Positions 60,969-64,000 of a stretch of DNA of 64,000 nucleotides are shown here, piece after piece; position 1 is the stretch's first letter; every line of letters starts with the position of its first letter. Source of the DNA: Nemertoderma westbladi (lineage: Eukaryota; Animalia; Xenacoelomorpha); NCBI GenBank assembly GCA_032718475.1, contig JAUCBJ010007877.1, positions 1,957 through 65,956 of the forward strand, in the 5' to 3' direction. The notes below the pieces were generated by a model that had not been told where the DNA came from, did not search any database, and worked only from the letters and a program-made list of their open reading frames with translations. The position numbers and the translations under genes were made by a program.

Positions 60969-63900
60969 TTACGTTATGGAGTCCCTAGATGTTTGAAGGA
61001 TTAGGGAGGTGGTCGTGGGAAGAGAATCTTGCCTTCCACAGTTTCCGGAGAGTCCTCCATTCCCTTCCGGTAAACACAAACGACCGACTGGGTGATTGAG
61101 TCGCTGCATCCCGAATACAATTCCAGGTTTCCTCTTCGTCCTGGAATAGTGACGATAGAAACATCGCTCTAGGTACACGACGGCCTTACAAAGCCGATTC
61201 CAGGAGCTATAGTGGTCCGTCGCTCCCTGCAGGAGAGGTGAGAGTCCCTGCGAGACGTCTGATGTTCCAGAGCTCCAATCGCTCTCTCTGATCTTCATGA
61301 AGGATCTACTCGCGGTGGGGAGGTCCAGATCCACGGCGTCGTCCCTGGCAATATGTAATACCGACAGATCTATCCCGGGTTCAAATAACTCCGATCCACC
61401 CGTCCGGGTTTTAGGTTTGACTTTCTCCGCTCCCTTGGCTGGTCTAATCTCAGTCGGAGTAAGATGGGGAGGCCATTCATCCTCCTTACTCAGGAAGTCG
61501 GGTTCACCTAACCGGTCTGTAGCATCTGTCAGTTCTTGAGGAGTTGCTCCTCTGGAAGCGATGTCAGTTGGATTAAACTTCTTGGGGCAATATCTCCATT
61601 GATCTACATTGGAGCTAATATCGTCATTATCTGAGGAGTATGGTGTTCCCTCAGTTGGGTCGTCTCCCTCACTAGTATCATCTTCCCATTCACTCACTTG
61701 GCAGACGCGATCTTGAAGCAGTCTTTCTCTGAGCGTTCTTCGGGAAGGTCCAGTAAGGTACCAACCTACTCTAGTTCTTACCGCATAGGTCTGAAGTGGT
61801 TGCGGTTGAGCAGGTCGTTTCTCCAATGTCTCCAGCGCCTCATGCGCGTTTTGACCGATTAATATTTGTACTCCAGGATAATCGGTGTCGAATCTAGGAA
61901 TGTTAAGTTGTTGGGCATGATCATCTTCGTCCCAATTATAAGGTTCCACTTGGGTGGTAGCGAAGTTCTTTATTGCCACCATTTTGACTGACCTTATACT
62001 GTATTCTCCTAGTTTATCCTGTGGAGTGGACAACTCACCTATATAATAGTCGGCAGCCACAGCAGATTTCCAAACCTGCATGATCCCTGACATGTTTAGC
62101 TTGGTTCGGAACTTGGGTTGTCCAGCAAAGATGTCTTCGGCTAGTTCTTTATCGATGAATGTTCCTGTGCTGCCGGAGTCCAGGAGGGCGTTCACTATAT
62201 AGCTCTTCTGAGGTCCGTGGACCCGTAACTGGACTACAGGAAATTCTCGGATTCCTACATTTGAAGTTGGCGCTTTCCAAGATTGTTGTTGATCTGAAGT
62301 AGTTAGGGTGAGGTCGCTGTCTGTATCTTTTTCATGAGTGAGTGCTCGATACACTGCGGTATTTATCATGTAACAGGATTCGTTTTCGTCGGAGAACTCG
62401 TCCGTATAGAATCCTTCCATCTCAGATTGATCAGTGTCGTTCACATCACTGAATTGGACATGTAGTTCGGAATCACTCACCTGACTCGGACTATTTCGCT
62501 CGAATTCAGTGTGCAACAAGATATGATGTTTCGCACCGCACTTTGCACACCTTGCGTCGGAGTAACAGGTTCGCCGTTGGTGTCCTCGTCTGAGGCAATT
62601 ATAACACAACCGCTTATCCCACATGACTTCACGTCTGTCCTTTAGAGATTTCCTCAGGAATTCATCACACGCACTTAAACGGTGGGGCCCATCGCACAGC
62701 ACACATTTGGGCTTGATGTTACTTACTTTAACATGTGCTGTGTGGTGCACGTTCGTTCTTTCCTCGGGCTTTCTCACCTGAATTCTCTTGGGAGACGTAG
62801 GAGGAGTTTTTCTTACCTGTTCTCTCCTGTCATTGGTTCGAGACTTGAATTTACTTACCTGGTCTTTAGGCGTTTTGTTGTCATAGTAAGATCTTTCAGT
62901 GTCTTTCCCGCTATCCTCTCCTTGAGAAGTCTGGCTTTTGCTGTCGTCTGTATAACACACTGGTATTACCCTTCTCCTAGAAACGGGTTTCTCACTTACC
63001 TTGTTTTCCAGTGTCTTCTCTCTGGACTGCCTTAGGAGCTGTAATTTCACTTCTCCATCTAGGAATGACATGAGATCAGCCATGGTAGGGTCTCGTCGTT
63101 GTTGTTCCATCATATATAACACTTTCTTATCCCAGCGTGTACCTACTCCACCCTTCGGTAAAGTAGAAGCCACTGCTCTAATAACCATAGCACTCTGATA
63201 CTCATGAGACTTACCTAGCCAATCTAATTGTCTGCAGATCTCCTGAATCTCATCGGAAAACTCTATAATTCCGCTGCTAATAAACTTTCGGGGCGCTACC
63301 AACTTTGCATACAAATACCCAGCTATGTTATTCCTATTACCATACCTGATGTTTAGTGTATCCCAAACTTGTCTTAATCCGTCTGGATGTCCAATAAACT
63401 TTAACGCCATTAACTTGGGAGATCCTTCCAAGCACTCGATGAGGAATCTAAGTTTCTCTCCATTAGATAGCACAGAGTTCTGTATGTTATCTTTGTAATA
63501 TTCATTAAAAGGTAACCATTTCATCTCATCTCCATTGAACTTGACGATCTCTCCCACCTTTACCGCTTGCCGGGCTTCGGTTCTAGCCATTTGACGCGTA
63601 AAACTTTCTTGGGCCATCGTGTTATTTAATATCGAGTTATCGGTATATAAATTTCTCGGATTATGATCCGGTCTATAGGGAATATCATTATCAACAGGTC
63701 TATAATTACCCTTAATAGGGTTCACTATAGGAGTTTCTACTTCGCTAGCAGTATAGATGCGTGTAGGCTCCACACCTTGCGCATGAGATACTTCAGACCT
63801 AACAGGTTGACACATTGTTACAGGGGGTGGTGGTATACCCTTTTGTAAATTTACTAATTTATCGCGTTCTAGCGCGATACTTTGCTGCACTTCTTGCAAC

Positions 63901-63995
63901 TCTAGCCTACTTTCCCTTACTGTGCCCTTGAATTGCTGAACGGTCTCCTGCATCTGTCCGAGCAGGAGATCCATCCCCCGTCGTCTCTCATCCAC
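60969..63995 (-). CDS. BEL/Pao Gag-protease-RNase H remnant of copy 2 (5' partial)
   Basis: Same motifs and same RT-deletion junction as 46466-49726; keeps an extra ~100 aa including YSSWNRLCKAVVYL. Confidence 0.93.
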   Translation of the reverse strand: MDERRRGMDLLLGQMQETVQQFKGTVRESRLELQEVQQSIALERDKLVNLQKGIPPPPVTMCQPVRSEVSHAQGVEPTRIYTASEVETPIVNPIKGNYRPVDNDIPYRPDHNPRNLYTDNSILNNTMAQESFTRQMARTEARQAVKVGEIVKFNGDEMKWLPFNEYYKDNIQNSVLSNGEKLRFLIECLEGSPKLMALKFIGHPDGLRQVWDTLNIRYGNRNNIAGYLYAKLVAPRKFISSGIIEFSDEIQEICRQLDWLGKSHEYQSAMVIRAVASTLPKGGVGTRWDKKVLYMMEQQRRDPTMADLMSFLDGEVKLQLLRQSREKTLENKVSEKPVSRRRVIPVCYTDDSKSQTSQGEDSGKDTERSYYDNKTPKDQVSKFKSRTNDRREQVRKTPPTSPKRIQVRKPEERTNVHHTAHVKVSNIKPKCVLCDGPHRLSACDEFLRKSLKDRREVMWDKRLCYNCLRRGHQRRTCYSDARCAKCGAKHHILLHTEFERNSPSQVSDSELHVQFSDVNDTDQSEMEGFYTDEFSDENESCYMINTAVYRALTHEKDTDSDLTLTTSDQQQSWKAPTSNVGIREFPVVQLRVHGPQKSYIVNALLDSGSTGTFIDKELAEDIFAGQPKFRTKLNMSGIMQVWKSAVAADYYIGELSTPQDKLGEYSIRSVKMVAIKNFATTQVEPYNWDEDDHAQQLNIPRFDTDYPGVQILIGQNAHEALETLEKRPAQPQPLQTYAVRTRVGWYLTGPSRRTLRERLLQDRVCQVSEWEDDTSEGDDPTEGTPYSSDNDDISSNVDQWRYCPKKFNPTDIASRGATPQELTDATDRLGEPDFLSKEDEWPPHLTPTEIRPAKGAEKVKPKTRTGGSELFEPGIDLSVLHIARDDAVDLDLPTASRSFMKIRESDWSSGTSDVSQGLSPLLQGATDHYSSWNRLCKAVVYLERCFYRHYSRTKRKPGIVFGMQRLNHPVGRLCLPEGNGGLSGNCGRQDSLPTTTSLILQTSRDSIT

Positions 63996-64000
63996 CCATT

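Larger units (their letters stand above)
56530..64000 (-). mobile_element. BEL/Pao-derived non-autonomous LTR element (copy 2), 5' end outside window
   Basis: Homologous Gag-PR, non-coding block, accessory ORF ends, PPT and LTR termini to copy 1. Confidence 0.93.

Overview
Repeat-dense animal (probably marine invertebrate) genomic DNA; no prokaryotic operons, rRNA or CRISPR. Contents in order: (1) an apparently intact APE-RT LINE (1-~6563) whose ORF1 carries a Ulp1/SENP-like (C48) protease domain. (2) A TSD-flanked tandem-plus-inverted array of ~400-bp units, each a tRNA-like Pol III head fused to a minimal hammerhead ribozyme (8625-9922, retrozyme-like), and a second family with the same architecture (15484-15975). 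(3) One multi-exon host gene on + (18340-~38860) encoding signal peptide, two F-type lectin domains and a TSP1 repeat. Its introns hold nested RTE LINEs, a Merlin transposon, MULE-like and piggyBac-like MITEs, Penelope-like and Gypsy relics, and satellites. (4) A THAP/P-like transposase relic containing a Kolobok-like palindrome, which holds a SINE and a young full-length BEL/Pao-derived LTR element (45228-54004). (5) A second, convergent relative of that element (56530->64000). Both LTR elements encode an open Gag-protease with RT and most of RNase H deleted in frame and no integrase. They share a conserved non-coding block, but differ in the middle of a 3' accessory ORF and in the LTR 5' half. 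All calls were made by eye from motifs; no searches were run.
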